DNA of 63,081 nt, the filler included, from Octopus bimaculoides (taxonomy: Eukaryota): NCBI RefSeq assembly GCF_001194135.2. It is 5 parts of 4 records of this genome, joined end to end, with 100 filler letters (N's around TTAATTAATTAA, not from the genome) between each part and the next. Parts side by side here need not be neighbours in the genome. Positions count along the whole stretch, not along the records: positions 1 to 29,150 come from NC_068981.1; positions 29,251 to 45,788 come from NC_068995.1; 3 more parts are not named here. One strand, given 5' to 3'. Position numbers and translations under genes: made by a program. The notes below the pieces were generated by a model. The model was given only the letters and a program-made list of their open reading frames with translations. It did no database searches and was not told where the DNA came from. Shown here in pieces: positions 23,700 through 36,379 of the stretch. Within the stretch, counting starts at the first letter, position 1, and each line of letters begins with the position of its first letter.

Positions 23700-24890
23700 A
23701 AGTATTGCAAATGAAAGAACAATGTTACATAAACTCACAGACGACATACTCGTATATCAGTTAGAGACAAGAGTAATTTTCTGAGTGAAGACATATAAAT
23801 TCCTATAAGTAAAAATTTCAGATTCCAGCAGTAATGTCTAGAACAATCACATTGGCACTGTCTACTCTAAAGAAGCAGTAAAAGTCTAAAATCACTTCAT
23901 CCCAAAGACTTGACATCGAAGCTAAGGAAACATTGATAATGATTTTATAAAGTTTTTGCAGCCAACAAACTACTATGAATTCATACAAAATAGATAAGTT
24001 AATACTTAATAAAAAAATATTAAAACTACAACTCTAATGCATTCTCAACGTAGTATCTTTAACAGAAAAGACGTCTGTATGTACACATCCCTATCAGGAA
24101 GAAAACTCTATTTGTTGCCTAAACAATAGTATGTATGTTATGAATACAAATATTTCCTCGAATATTATTTGTAAAAGTGTATTTAATTTTCATTGGGTTT
24201 TAGTTTCTTTCAACATTATATCGGTATACAAACTGCTATCCATGCCTGCTCGTGGGAGAGGAAAGAGGAAAATGACATGCAGGCCACTTTGTATACTACA
24301 TAGGCCGCCCAGCACGTGTTGATGTCGTTGGTGGGGCAATTGGATAGTGTGTACCCCACGATGCTATCTGTGATTATTATTCCTAGACGGAAATTTTGTG
24401 TCTGTTTGTGTTTCCTAGGCGGAAATTTTCTCAGGGATGGATCGATGTGCACAATCTGTATGCTGAGTTCCTCCTTCGGATTGCATATCCGCAGGTGTTC
24501 TGTCATCAAAGAAGAGCAGTTTAAGGAAGCACCTTTCAGACTTGGGATTATGGGCCTTCTTATCTGGGTTACCCGCTTTGGTATTTTGTAGATGCAGTCA
24601 TTTAGCTACCGATGACGGATAGCAGTTGTGTGCTCAGTTCTAGAGGAAACGCTTGGTCGGACAGCCTTCTTAGAGAGCAACACAAGGGAATTGCACATCC
24701 GAGCAAAAGAACATATGCACACAAACACTTAAAAGAACACCTAAAGAAGTACCAGACCCAGGACTTTAAGGTATCAAATGGATCACTCAACTCGACAAGG
24801 CAATTTTAGAACCATGGAGGCCCTCATTATCAGCAAACTGAGACCAGCCATTAACAACAGGAAGGAACTACTTGAAGTAGACTGACTTGA
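23700..24890 (+). mobile_element. Decayed Penelope-like retroelement (RT remnant plus GIY-YIG endonuclease)
   Basis: LTDDILV near 23735 (RT YxDD-like); VGQ...TRELHIRAKEH at ~24655-24715; C-terminal RTMEALIISKLRPAINNRKELLEVD* at ~24808-24885. Confidence 0.6.
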
Positions 24891-25083
24891 AGCAACGACT
24901 TTTACATTCCTCGCTTTTTACAAATGTTATAACCCCGAAATATAGAAACTCAAGGTAAAATTACAACTTTGTCTTCTTTTCTTTTCGTTTGCTTTTTTGT
25001 AGTTTACCTTGTATTATTCTAGCCTTGCACAACAAACCTCTTTAAAGTAGTACCACACAACGCTTTACCAAAACTGGTCCATT

Positions 25084-25114
<31 letters not shown>

Positions 25115-25361
25115 TTCCAAGCATAGGTGTGTGCATTACACCCACACATATTTTTTCTATGATACACACACACATGTATATATATNNNNNNNNNNNNNNN
25201 NNNNNNNNNNNNNNNNNNNNNNNNNNNNNNNNNNNNNNNNNNNNNNNNNNNNNNNNNNNNNNNNNNNNNNNNNNNNNNNNNNNNNNNNNNNNNNNNNNNN
25301 NNNNNNNNNNNNNNNNNNNNNNNNNNNNNNNNNNNNNNNNNNNNTATATATATATATATAA

Positions 25362-25731
25362 TAGTTGTACAACAATGTACCAATATTTACTGGAAATAGC
25401 AGTCGATACTATACGATGATATAGTAAAGCTTCACTGTATATATATACTGGAAAAATGTAGGAAAACCATTAAATCAATGTACAACCCAGATGTGGATAA
25501 TCTAGGACCTAGGTTTCGAACTTTCTAAATTACGTTTGTTAACGTAAATTTGCTTAGTCCTCATCGGCTAGATTCACCTAGAAAAAATTTCAAATGCCGT
25601 TACATCAATGCCAATATTTGCTCATCTGAACGCCTACCCGTTAAAACACCGAGAACAGTGAAGCTTTACTATAGTGTCGTATATTATTCATTGCTATTTC
25701 CAGTAAATATTGGTGCATGGTTGTACCACTA
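25362..25731. mobile_element. MITE with ~77-bp imperfect terminal inverted repeats and TA ends
   Basis: 25362-25438 (TAGTTGTACAAC...CTGGAAATAGC...TAGTAAAGCTTCACTGT) is the reverse complement of 25655-25731. Confidence 0.8.
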
Positions 25732-25794
25732 TCCTATATTTATACTTTAACCTGATGGTGCTTTGTTTTACTGGGAAGCAATACNNNNNNNNNN

Positions 25795-25836
<42 letters not shown>

Positions 25837-26178
25837 TCTATATTACACGCACGTTTATATAAGAATATATATTATAATACACGATTGATATATTGTACAT
25901 AAGGATGTTCGGTTAGATTTAACGATTTTTATGTTTATTTTCCTCAGGGACAGAGTGATTTATTGATGAATACCCAACGGCGTTGGAGAGTATAAAAATT
26001 GAAGTTGTAATTGAGAAAAATTAGTTGACATTGAAGAATGGAAGCCATTTGAATATTGGAAAAGAATTGCGTCTGTCATTATTATTTGCACCGGTTATCA
26101 AAATGCTGACATCATGACTGCTGTTCAATGCTCTGTGAACATTGTCAAGACAGTAAGATGTGATATAGATACATATAG

Positions 26179-26287
26179 AGCAGGAATGGCAAGCAGGAAT
26201 GGCAAGCAGGAATGGCAAGCAGGAATAGCAAGCAGGAATGAACACCACAGTCGTTCGCACTGCGTCCGCACTGCGTCCGCACTGCGT
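26179..26287. repeat. Short tandem repeats: 13-mer AGCAGGAATGGCA x~5 and 11-mer CGCACTGCGTC x3
   Basis: Direct reading. Confidence 0.9.
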
Positions 26288-26339
26288 ATGCACGCTGGAT
26301 TTCATCCACACATCTTGAGTGAAGTTGTAGACTGTGGTC

Positions 26340-26630
26340 AATCCCTGTCTGTAGTCAGAAACGGTTGCCGGAGAGTTTCTACGACTTCACCGGCCCCAAT
26401 TTTCTCACCTCTTAATTTCCCCTATTGTAATCACATGAATTACTGCGGGGCGCGGTTGAGAATGATGTTACCAGCTCTGCCTGCAACACCAAAACCGAGC
26501 TGGCGGCCAAGATCAAGGAAGTGCTCAGAGATATTTTGAGGAACCAGAGATATTTTGAGGAACGCATGTACAAGGTTCCAGAGCCGGCTTGGAAACTGTG
26601 GTGGAAGCTGAGCACGGCTACTTGGAACAA
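26340..26630 (+). mobile_element. Tc1/mariner-superfamily transposase remnant, same family as 14110-14490
   Basis: GGAGAGTTTCTACGAC..CCCCAATTTCT...CTGCCTGCAACACCAA aligns by eye with the reverse of the 14.1-14.5 kb copy; reads VENDVTSSACNTKTELAAKIKEV. Confidence 0.8.
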
Positions 26631-26899
26631 AACGTTATCTCTTAGTCATTATATATTTGAAATTATTTTTTTATTTTTCAGAATAGTTTTAGGTTTGATG
26701 GGATATTGTGATTTCATTTCCTTTTATGCAAATTGACAACTTTCGTCCGAATACCCTCTAATTAACTCGACCTATATAAGGCTACTCGAGATAAACACTT
26801 TATACACACTTATGTTAGCAGAAACAAACTAAAAACAAGGTTTTGCCAAAACAAACAAATACACATAAACAACCATACTGAACCACACATAAGATGTAA

Positions 26900-27200
26900 C
26901 ACAAGTTTTGTCCACAGTTTTTGCTCTCCCTGTGTCAAGGTTTCGGTTTGCCAAAGCTCTCATCTTCCCTCTGCATTGAGCTTCGTGCATGTCATCAGCC
27001 AGGCTCATATTTCCGACCCATTCTTTGATCTCATCCATTCACTAACAACTTTGACAGCCTATTGCTCTCCTTCTCTTCACTCTGTCTCTAAAGATGGTCT
27101 TGGGCAATGGTGCAACATGTGTTTCAAATACCATACATTGTGCCAATCATTCTCAACTGAGCAGAAATTTGGACAATGTACAGAGCAATGGCCACGATGA
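26900..27200 (-). mobile_element. RTE-clade LINE 3' end fragment
   Basis: LPKTIFRDRVKRRRAIGCQ..MDEIKEWVGNMSL corresponds to the RTE motif LSKTILQGTVEGRRRRGRQ..WMDNIKEW. Confidence 0.7.
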
Positions 27201-27924
27201 TGCCTTTGAGATAAAAATCTTTAGTAGATTGGCTAGATAAACAGGGAAGACAAGGTAACAAACGCTGCAGTGTTAGAAAAGCTGTCAGTCCAAAGGCATC
27301 TTTTACTGAGAATCAAGGTCACAAGTTCACAGCACACATACACTTGCCCATTCATGTACACAGAAATGAACACACCTAAAATCCTAAATTCAAACAGTAC
27401 ATCCATTCCTATGAATTAAAAAATGAAAAATCTTTAGTTTAGCATACGAGTTATATTGAATACCCCACTACGTAAAAAAAAACTCATCATATTAACCGCA
27501 ACAAATTCTAAGTACATTAGCACTATAAATAGCACGCTAGAAGGCCGCAGTGACAAGAACCACAAGGCAGGAAATTAATAATGAGTTATAATAAAATCAT
27601 TGTTTCCATCGATTTGCGTTCAGTTAGTGTGTATTTGAATATTTCAGAGATGCGTGTATTCTTAACGTCATTCTCAGGCAATATCAGATTAAAATAAGGA
27701 TTGACCATTTATTACAGGTACACACTATCACTCTATCGGACGGGCATCTATACAGTTTCCGTCTATTTAGTTTTACTCTTAAGGTAAGTATCCACCCGAG
27801 GGTATATAGAGTTACACTTGCTAAAGATGCACGGAGAGAACTCGTAACCATGACTTTTGAATACGAAGCGTACATTTTAACCGTTTGGCCATCCTAGACG
27901 TAATACGTCGCCAACTGTCTGTCT

Positions 27925-27966
<42 letters not shown>

Positions 27967-28189
27967 NNNNNNNNNNNNNNNNNNNNNNNNNNNNNNNNNN
28001 NNNNNNNNNNNNNNNNNNNNNNNNNNNNNNNNNNNNNNNNNNNNNNNNNNNNNNNNNNNNNNNNNNNNNNNNNNNNNNNNNNNNNNNNNNNNNNNNNNNN
28101 NNNNNNNNNNNNNGCTTACGTATTTCATGTTATTTGCACCGTTGCCGACGTCCTGTACCCATATATGCATCTGTGTGTGTGTGTGTGTT

Positions 28190-28421
28190 ATTTCTGTATT
28201 GCCCACAAGGGGCTACACACAGAGGGGACAAACAAGGACAGACAAACCGATTAAGTCGATTATACCGACCCCAGTGCGTAACTGGTACTTATTTAATCGA
28301 CCCCGAAAGGATGAAAGGTAAAGTCGACCTCGGCGGAATTTGAACTCAGAACATAGCGGCAGACGAAATACCGCTAAACATTTCGCCCGGCCTGCTAACG
28401 ATTCTGCCAGCTCACCGCCTT
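28190..28421 (-). mobile_element. Young full-length SINE family A
   Basis: Complete head to tail with CpGs retained. Confidence 0.92.
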
Positions 28422-28616
28422 ATGTGTGTGTAAATTTAATTAGAGGAAATGTTAATCTCGTGAAGCGATGATTGCATCCAAGTAAATACTGATTCAAAAC
28501 CTAGTAGTTTGGGAGAATGAAATTCCCTTTAAAAAAATAGGTATATATTAAGCATATAGTTTATGTCCATTTGAAAGAAGAAACGAAAATGTGTATTTGT
28601 ATGTGTGTGTGAATAT

Positions 28617-28668
<52 letters not shown>

Positions 28669-29097
28669 TTGTGTGTGTGTTTGTGTGTGTGTACATACAA
28701 TTGATATTGATATATGTGTCCCCTTATTTATTCATTTGTGCTTATTTGAAACCCTTTGGAATAACTGCAATCCTCACATCTCACATTACCATTGTCCCTA
28801 GGATCTTACATTAATAACTACATTTACATATTCTTAATAACAATGTAATAACCTTTAAACATACATACATTCTTTGATAACCATCAATATATGTGTGAGC
28901 ACTTATGCACACTTATATTAATGTGTATGTATGTGAGTGGATGCACATACATACGAGTACGTGGGAATATGTGTGTACACATGTATATTCATGTATATGT
29001 ATGTATATATCTATGTGTATGTGTATATATATATATATGTATATAAGTATGTATACATGTATATATATATATATATATATGTATATGTATTTATATA

Positions 29098-29150
<53 letters not shown>

Positions 29151-29250
29151 NNNNNNNNNNNNNNNNNNNNNNNNNNNNNNNNNNNNNNNNNNNNTTAATT
29201 AATTAANNNNNNNNNNNNNNNNNNNNNNNNNNNNNNNNNNNNNNNNNNNN
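29151..29250. other. Artificial scaffold linker (44N-TTAATTAATTAA-44N)
   Basis: Exactly 100 bp; the 12-mer encodes stops in all six frames; identical at four sites. Confidence 0.95.
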
Positions 29251-29560
29251 GATCTAACAGCTTGATGCCTCTGTAATTATTTGTATCTAAAGCGTCACCT
29301 TTACCTTTGTAGCAGTTGACTATGATGCTGCTACACCAGTCATTGGGTATGACTCCTTCGTGTATCACCTGGTTCGTAATACGGGTGACTAGGCTATAGC
29401 CAACACTGCCAGATATTTTGAGCATCTCTGCAGTGATTCCTGATGGGCCGGGGGCTTTCCCAGTCTTCATACTCTTAATTGCTTTATCTACCCTGGTACT
29501 ATCAACTCGGATAGCTGGTCCCTCTATTGGGTCGACATACGGCAGGCTCTCTTCCTCCCA

Positions 29561-29562
<2 letters not shown>
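29251..29562 (-). mobile_element. RTE-clade LINE reverse transcriptase fragment, open frame
   Basis: VDKAIKSMKTGKAPGPSGITAEMLK...IPNDWCSSIIVNCYKGKGDALDTNNYRGIKLLD; 5'-truncated at a (TA)n tract. Confidence 0.93.
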
Positions 29563-29600
<38 letters not shown>

Positions 29601-29629
29601 CTTGTTATTTTATTTAACCTTTTCAACAG

Positions 29630-29733
29630 GAAAAACACAGATTCCAACCCTGAGGACAAATCTGATTCATCTGATGAAAGCTCCTTTGGTACTGATGATG
29701 AGATGTGCGACACTCTATCTTCTACAAAAGCTG
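29630..29733 (+). CDS. PWWP-domain protein, first visible coding exon (acidic, Ser-rich)
   Basis: TTTTCAACAG acceptor and GTGAGT donor; phase 2 to 1; KNTDSNPEDKSDSSDESSFGTDDEMCDTLSSTKA. Upstream exons are absent from this segment. Confidence 0.8.
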
Positions 29734-30299
29734 GTGAGTATCTTTCCATATATAGTTTATTGAATTGATAAACTTATTTATGTCTTTAGAAATGTAATTT
29801 GTTGTTAAGATACAAATTCTGGTCTTAGTTTCTCCCAGTTTCAGCACTCAATTTACAAAACTCACGATATTTTAATGTTGAGATGTCACAAATAAAGATA
29901 ATGTTCTGATTTCTCTTATTATTGCTACGTGTGATTGAGTAGCGAAATATACTATAAATTGTTTAAATAACTGAATAATATTAACCATATCATACTGTAT
30001 TCCTGCTATAGCAAGAATAGGTGAAACATCATCTCTGGATTCCCAGTAAAGTGGTAAAGAAGATGCAGCCAATTCTGTTCATTAGTTTGCTTGCAATTCT
30101 TATCCTTGAGCTGTATATGCAACTGTTTATGTTTTTGCTCAAGAATCCAGGTATAGAGTAAGATTAGACACAAGGACCCAAGACTAAGAGAGTTAAGAAT
30201 GCTACTGTGGTTACTTAATCAAATAATACTTTAACATCAACAAATTTTACTGCAATGATTTAATTTGTGTTGAGTGGTTTTTGGTGACAGTCTTGACTT

Positions 30300-30870
30300 A
30301 ATAGCAATTGGCTGCATGTTTGAAAGGTTTTGCATTGCAACCATGTGGTTTCAGGTTCAGTCCCACTGCACAGTACCTTAAGCAAGTGCCTTCTGCTATT
30401 GCTCTGAGTTGACCTTTTGAGTGTATTTCTTGGTAATGAAACTGAAAGAAGTTCCATGTGTGTGTTTCCTTGTTACTTCTAACCTTCTGTGAAAATGTGT
30501 CTGGTCATGAGAAAATATTAACTTGCTGGGAAACAGGTGAAGGTCAGTGACAGGTGTAGAAAATTTACCTTAATGAATTCAATCTGACCAGTATAAACAT
30601 GGGAAAGTTTGATATAAAAATGATGATATATATCATCATTGTTATTGTTTAACTTCCTTTTTCTCATACTGGCATAAACTCAATAGTTCAACGAGCTAGA
30701 AGACAGTGCTGAGCTCCAATGTCTGCTTTGTCATAGTTTCTACAGCTGGATGTTCTGCCTGATGCCTACTACTTTACAGAGTGTACTGGGTGCTTTCTTT
30801 CATGGCAACAGCACTAGTGAGATCATCAAGTATTTGAAAGACAAGACCCTACAACTGGGTGGGGTATAGT
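30300..30870. mobile_element. Two decayed intronic SINE/RTE-tail repeats in opposite orientation
   Basis: Family B head plus GAAACAGGTGAAGG...ATGATGAT tail on +, followed by a reverse copy (TTTCTACAGCTGGATG). Confidence 0.65.
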
Positions 30871-31391
30871 ATTGAAAGAGGTGAAAATATAATGGATTTT
30901 ATATTTTTGTTATATTGCACAAATAACATCAAAATGATATTTTCTAACTTCTTACACTGAAATAGATTATGCTATTTAGAAGTATACAGCTTGAAGTTAG
31001 TGTCAAGATTTGAACTATGAATATCTTATTTATCTGTTAATTTATAGGTTACATATTTTAATTAAGTTTTTGTCTTGTTTGAGTTAATGGCTGTTTTTAT
31101 CATTAGGTCATCTTGAAGATTCTCTCTCATGAAATCATATTTCATCATCATCATTTTAATGTCTGTTTTTGGATGCCCTTCCTAACACCAACCACTTTAT
31201 AGATTGTACTGGGTGCTTTATACATGGCACTGACAAGGCTACTTTATACGTTGTAGTAGCATGGATCCTTTTACATGGCACCAGCAATATATTTGTTACA
31301 TATTATCAATTCAAATCATCTTCATCATCTAATGTCTGCATTCCATGTTGGCATGGGTTGGACTAAATACATTTTTCTTTTCATGTTTCAG

Positions 31392-31459
31392 ACTCGCCTG
31401 TTGTGGAAAATGATGCAGTATGGGTTAAATTCAACAAATATCCTTTCTGGCCTGCCTTG
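31392..31459 (+). CDS. PWWP-domain protein exon carrying the PFWP motif
   Basis: TTTCAG acceptor and GTAGGT donor; phase 1 to 0; (D)SPVVENDAVWVKFNKYPFWPAL, compare MUM1 LVWHKHKKYPFWPAV. Confidence 0.92.
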
Positions 31460-31559
31460 GTAGGTATTCCACTTTCTCTTATATTGTAATTTTAGATATT
31501 TGCTACAGCTATTTCTCATACAGTATTGGTAATATTCATAAGGAATTTATTTGTAAGAG

Positions 31560-32560
31560 TATATGGCACCTTGGGCAATTGTCTCCTGCTATAGCCCTGG
31601 GTTCACCAAATCCTTGTAAGTGGATTTAGTTGGCAGAAATGCATATATCTATGTATATGTGTATTTGTTTGTACCTTTTGTTTTGAAATCATGTGATGGT
31701 CATAAACGAACATCGTCACATGAGTGATGTTGTTCATTTCCAGATTTCCATGAGAAACGTTTCCCTAGGGAAATATTTTCCTTGCTTAGAAACAGGTGAA
31801 GGTTAGTGACAGGAAGGGCATCAGCTTGTAGAGAATGTGCCTCAATAAATTCCATCTCGTAGTACATCAGTATATCTCACTGACATAGTGTGTGTGTATT
31901 TGTTTATGTAATGCAGTCACACAGTTTCATGAAATCTTATATGCAAGATTGAGGTGTGCTAGCATAGAAAGACTCATGTAACTAGGCTGATACTTTTTTT
32001 TGTAAAATTATAGAAGTGCACCTTGTGGGAAAGCATGTAGAGCCTGATGTGTGTGCATGGAGCACATGGTTTAGTGGTTAGGGTGTTGCACTCATGACTG
32101 AAAGAGTGTGATTTCAATTCCTGGACCTGGTAATGCATCATGTTGTTGAGCAACACAATGTCCTTTGTCCACTCAACTTGTAAAAATGAGTAACCCTGCA
32201 ATAGACTGGCATCCTGTTCAGCAGGTGAACATATTCGTCACAGAATCTGAGAAACCAGCCTTATGAGCCTATGGTTTGGGAAGGACCATTGATCCTTTTT
32301 TTTTTTAATTGATATCATCATCATCATTCTTTAACATCTGTTTTTCATATTAGCATGGGTTGGACGGTTTGACCAGAGCTGACAAACAGGAGAGCTGCAC
32401 CAGGTTAAGTTGGCTTGGTTTCTATGACTGGATGCCCTTCCAAACACCAACCTCTTTACAGTATGTACTGGGTGCTTCTAACACGGCGCCAGCACAAGTA
32501 CTTTTTTGCATGGCACTGGCACAGGGTTCTTGCAGGCCAATCTTCTTTATTTAGTGGGAG
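31560..32560. mobile_element. Cluster of decayed intronic SINEs (families B, C and RTE-tail)
   Basis: CACCTTGGGCAA..., GGTTTAGTGGTTAGGG... and CATCATCATTCTTTAACATC... motifs. Confidence 0.65.
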
Positions 32561-33289
32561 TAGCATGACACACATATACATATGGCTGGTGCACAAATCT
32601 GTGCTGTAAAATAAGCTTAAGACCATATCAGATACACTTGGAATGTATTTGACGTGTAGACCCATTTTCATTATGATGTGAACCAATCTAAAGTTTGTTT
32701 ATTTTATATCACTCCTTTGTGCACCACCCATGTTTTGTTCTGACCTGGTGGCCAACACAACTGATCAGTATTTACTGGTTTCTGATAATCAAGTTAAACC
32801 TTTCAGTCAGTTTAGAGTTGCTTTGCTTAGTATCTGGTGCTGAAGAGAGGTGGGGAGTTTGACATGCATCTACAAATCTATAAGGGATGCTTTCTACTCA
32901 CTTTAGTGTTTTTAACATCTTTTACCCAAAGCAAAAATTTTTCTCCATGGCAAACTACTGTGATTATATCTCTTTATATGCCAGTTATGTTTCAGACATA
33001 TTTGAATTGATTCAAAATTTGTTATGCCAGCATGGAAGGCGGATGTTAAACGATGATGACAATGATATCTATATTCACACACACACACACACACACACTG
33101 ACATATATTTAGATGCTTATACTATTTTTTACATACTGTGATTTTGCATTTATCCTTGGAATCAATATCAACAATGTGTATTGAGATCTTTACTGAGAAT
33201 CAAAGATGTCTACTCTGTTTAATCATCAAAAGTGAAGTAATTAACTTGATTATCTTAAAAGTCGAGGAACTGATTAGAGATTATATATA

Positions 33290-33420
33290 GGAAGGGCATC
33301 CAGCTGTAGAAACTCTGCCAAATTAGATTGGAGCCTGGTGTTGCCATCCGGTTTCACCAGTCCTCAGTCAAATCGTCCAACTCATGCTAGCATGGAAAGT
33401 GGACGTTAAACGATGATGAT

Positions 33421-33425
<5 letters not shown>
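33290..33425 (+). mobile_element. RTE-type 3' tail (young)
   Basis: GGAAGGGCATCCAGCTGTAGAAAC...CATGCTAGCATGGAAAGTGGACGTTAAACGATGATGAT. Confidence 0.8.
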
Positions 33426-33480
<55 letters not shown>

Positions 33481-33620
33481 CACACACATGCATGCACACA
33501 CACATACATGTGTGAGTGTATAGCTGTGTGTAACCAGGTTTATGTACATTTGATTGTTTTAAATCTAAAAATCTTGCTTCGGTGTATAAATCTATTTGTG
33601 TAAAAATCTTTCTTCTTCAG

Positions 33621-33706
33621 ATAAGTAAAGTATATAAAAAGAAACAACACATTTACCGACTTGGCATCCGTTTTTTTGGTGAAATTCTCTCAAAGGAATC
33701 ACTGGA
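33621..33706 (+). CDS. PWWP-domain protein exon (beta-barrel, RFFG)
   Basis: TTCTTCTTCAG acceptor and GTAAGT donor; phase 0 to 2; ISKVYKKKQHIYRLGIRFFGEILSKESL(E). Confidence 0.9.
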
Positions 33707-34782
33707 GTAAGTATAGTTTGTATTAAATGTATTCACTACTATCAGCAACACTAATGTCTTATAGTATATCACTCTGGTCAGTTAAAAGAAACACTTCTGT
33801 TTTTTTTTTCTAAGATGTAAAGCTGAGACTGGAGCTTGTGGCTTGTCAGATCCTGTCAAACCGTCCAACCCATGCTAGCTTGGAAAACAGATGTTAAATG
33901 ATGATGATGATGATAGTGAAGTAAGATTTAGATTACAAACCACATAACAAAGTGATAAAAGCCTTCCCCCTGTTATTGTTTCTCTAAACAAAGTATTGAA
34001 CTTGCCTAAGTTCCCTTGCAGTGGAAATTAAACCCAGAAACACAGGATTACAAAATGAACTTCACCATACAACCCTGCCTGTACCCAGACAGACAAAAGT
34101 CAAAGTCACTGCCAATGAGACTAAAATGTTACATGTTTTGTTTAGAGGGACAAACAAAATGATTTTTTTATTCTCATTTCATATTTTGAGTGATTTGTAA
34201 TAAGCAGGGCATCTTGATCATCTTTTAATGTTCATTTTCCATGCTGGAATGAGCTGATGAGCCAGAGGTCTGTTTTTGCTTTTGGCATGGTTTCTGTGGT
34301 TGGATGCCCTTTTTAATATATATNNNNNNNNNNNNNNNNNNNNNNNNNNNNNNNNNNNNNNNNNNNNNNNNNNNNNNNNNNNNNNNNNNNNNNNNNNNNN
34401 NNNNNNNNNNNNNNNNNNNNNNNTATATATATGTTTATATATTATATATATATATATATGTATATATTATATAATCTTTATCCACCAATGCATTGTTAAG
34501 CATTCATTCTCATTGTTTGATGTTTATGTGTGTGTGTGTGTGTGTGTGTCGGGTTCTGTTCACAAAATTTACTCACTAGATTTGGTCAGCCTATGGCTGT
34601 AAGTAGAAGACATTTGCCTCAGTGCCAGGCTGTAGGGCTGTTCCATGCCTACCTGCACCTAGCTCCAGCCCCCCACCTCACCCCACCTATAAGTTTTATC
34701 ATCAATTGTATCTCATGATTTTTGTTGAAAGGTTTTGTGAATAGCATTTTTCATCTCCTGTTTTTTGTTTTATCTCTCTCAG

Positions 34783-34849
34783 ATTTGGCATTCGTTACAA
34801 CAAGGAATCTGTTATTCCATTTAATGATCTACGTAAAGAAGAATTTATT
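34783..34849 (+). CDS. PWWP-domain protein exon
   Basis: TCTCTCTCAG acceptor and GTAAGT donor; phase 2 to 0; FGIRYNKESVIPFNDLRKEEFI. Confidence 0.9.
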
Positions 34850-35129
34850 GTAAGTGTACTACAAGTTTCTTTTCTGTTTCATGATTAACCATGAGAAATA
34901 TTGATTTGCCATTGTTTTTATGTTCACTTTTCCATGCTGAAATCAGTTGGACAAGACATTTTGTAACATTGTTTTATGGTTAGATCTCCTTTCTGACACC
35001 ATCCTTTTTCATTCTTTCTTATAATCTGCAAAATTGCAGCATACTTATTATGAAAACCATGATATACATGGCCCTAATTAATTCTAAAATTAATAATGAG
35101 TCCACTCTCATAAATTTACTATGATAAAA

Positions 35130-35465
35130 GAGAGAGGGTAATTGCAGAAGACCGAGATATGTGGCTCAATGCTGTACTTGAGAAGACCCACCCACCACAG
35201 CAGAATTGAGATCCTAAAACCAAGGTGCCACTTAAAAGGCATTGGTGTGGGTGTTGGTGTTACGTAAAAGCACTGGTGATGGTGCCACATAAAAAGCACT
35301 CGGTATATTCTGTGGAGTGGTTGGTGTTAGGAAGGGCATCCAGCTGTAGAAACCAAGCCAAAGTGGATTATTGAACCTGGTGTGGCCCCCTGGTTTTACC
35401 AGTTCCTATCAAGACATCCAACCCATACCAGCATGGAAAGTGGCTGTTAAGTGATGATGACAACA
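35130..35465 (+). mobile_element. Intronic RTE-tail repeat
   Basis: GGTGCCACATAAAAAGCAC...GGAAGGGCATCCAGCTGTAGAAAC...CAGCATGGAAAG...GATGATG. Confidence 0.7.
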
Positions 35466-35470
35466 ATTAC

Positions 35471-35501
<31 letters not shown>

Positions 35502-35719
35502 TGCAACATTCATATTTTCTTAAGAGTAGTAGAGTGAATGAAAGGCTTGGAATACAGTTGTGTAGTTCTTTTCTTAAAAGTAAGAAAGGCAGTGGGTAAC
35601 ATGATTGTTTCTAAACAAAATCTAAATAACAGTTACCTGTTTGTTTTCGTTTGTTTGTTTGTTTTTTTTTCTTTTTTATTTATTTATTTGTTTTTTGTTG
35701 TTTTTTTTTCTTTCTCCAG

Positions 35720-35979
35720 AAAAAAGGAGAAGAATCTGAGTACAAAGAAAAGTTTAACTTGGCTCTAAAGAAAGCAAATGAATTCTTAAGAAAAGGTGAT
35801 TCTGAAATAACCAGTGACAACACAGATCAATATATTTACAAGTCGAGTTGCAGCTCACCAGATCCCTCTCAATATGATAAAACAGATGCAGATAACAGCA
35901 TAACCTCTGAACCGTCGTGGTACCCAGTAGACAATGTGAATATTGTGGAGGACAGACAAACAGTTGAAATGGTTTCAAG
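35720..35979 (+). CDS. PWWP-domain protein exon (PWWP C-terminal helix plus disordered linker)
   Basis: Poly-T/TTTCTCCAG acceptor and GTGAGT donor; phase 0 to 2; KKGEESEYKEKFNLALKKANEFLRKGDSEITSDNT...TVEMVS. Confidence 0.9.
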
Positions 35980-36379
35980 GTGAGTATTTTACATTGTATT
36001 GTTGGCTGAACATTCATTTGCTTGGCTTCCAAAACGTTTAATTTTACTAGAATGGGAATTTTGGAGCATTGAGATAATAAAGAGATTAATCATGCATAAA
36101 TTTCAATGAGGCTGAATATGTTTACATATTCCTTCATTCTTTTATTTGATCACGTTTAACATTTTTCACCAGCATCTATTTGTTGAGCTGCTAAGTTACT
36201 GGATGTTAAAAGTAAACACACACACACTTTTTGTTTACCAACTTTCACTCACTCATGGTCAATTTGATGTTATAGTAGAAGACACTTACCCAAGGTGCTT
36301 CTCAATGGGACTCAACCATATTTGCATACTATAAAATGATATACTACACCTCCACTCAGTCTAGATGTCTTACTGACCT

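Noticed and set aside
24915-24950. Possible hammerhead remnant (GTTATAACCCCGAAAT) at the Penelope 3' end
   Set aside because: The position fits, but the CUGANGA half is absent; too decayed to call.
26938-27000. CTGATGA...GAAAC on the minus strand as another hammerhead
   Set aside because: It lies in RTE coding sequence, with no stem III/NUH pairing and no stem I.
27715-27790. AAG|GTAAGT donor as first exon of the PWWP gene
   Set aside because: It lies in a decayed SINE, has no in-frame ATG leading to it, and is across a linker from the gene. A non-coding exon cannot be fully excluded.
29251-29629. LINE RT exonised into the PWWP gene (ORFs 29195-29749 and 29418-29768 span both)
   Set aside because: The RT is on the opposite strand, and the ORFs only read through a (TA)n tract; the real exon starts at the AG at 29628-29629.
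33340-33370. CTGAGGA-CTGGT-GAAAC on the minus strand
   Set aside because: No stem II or stem III pairing; antisense to an RTE tail; consistent with chance.
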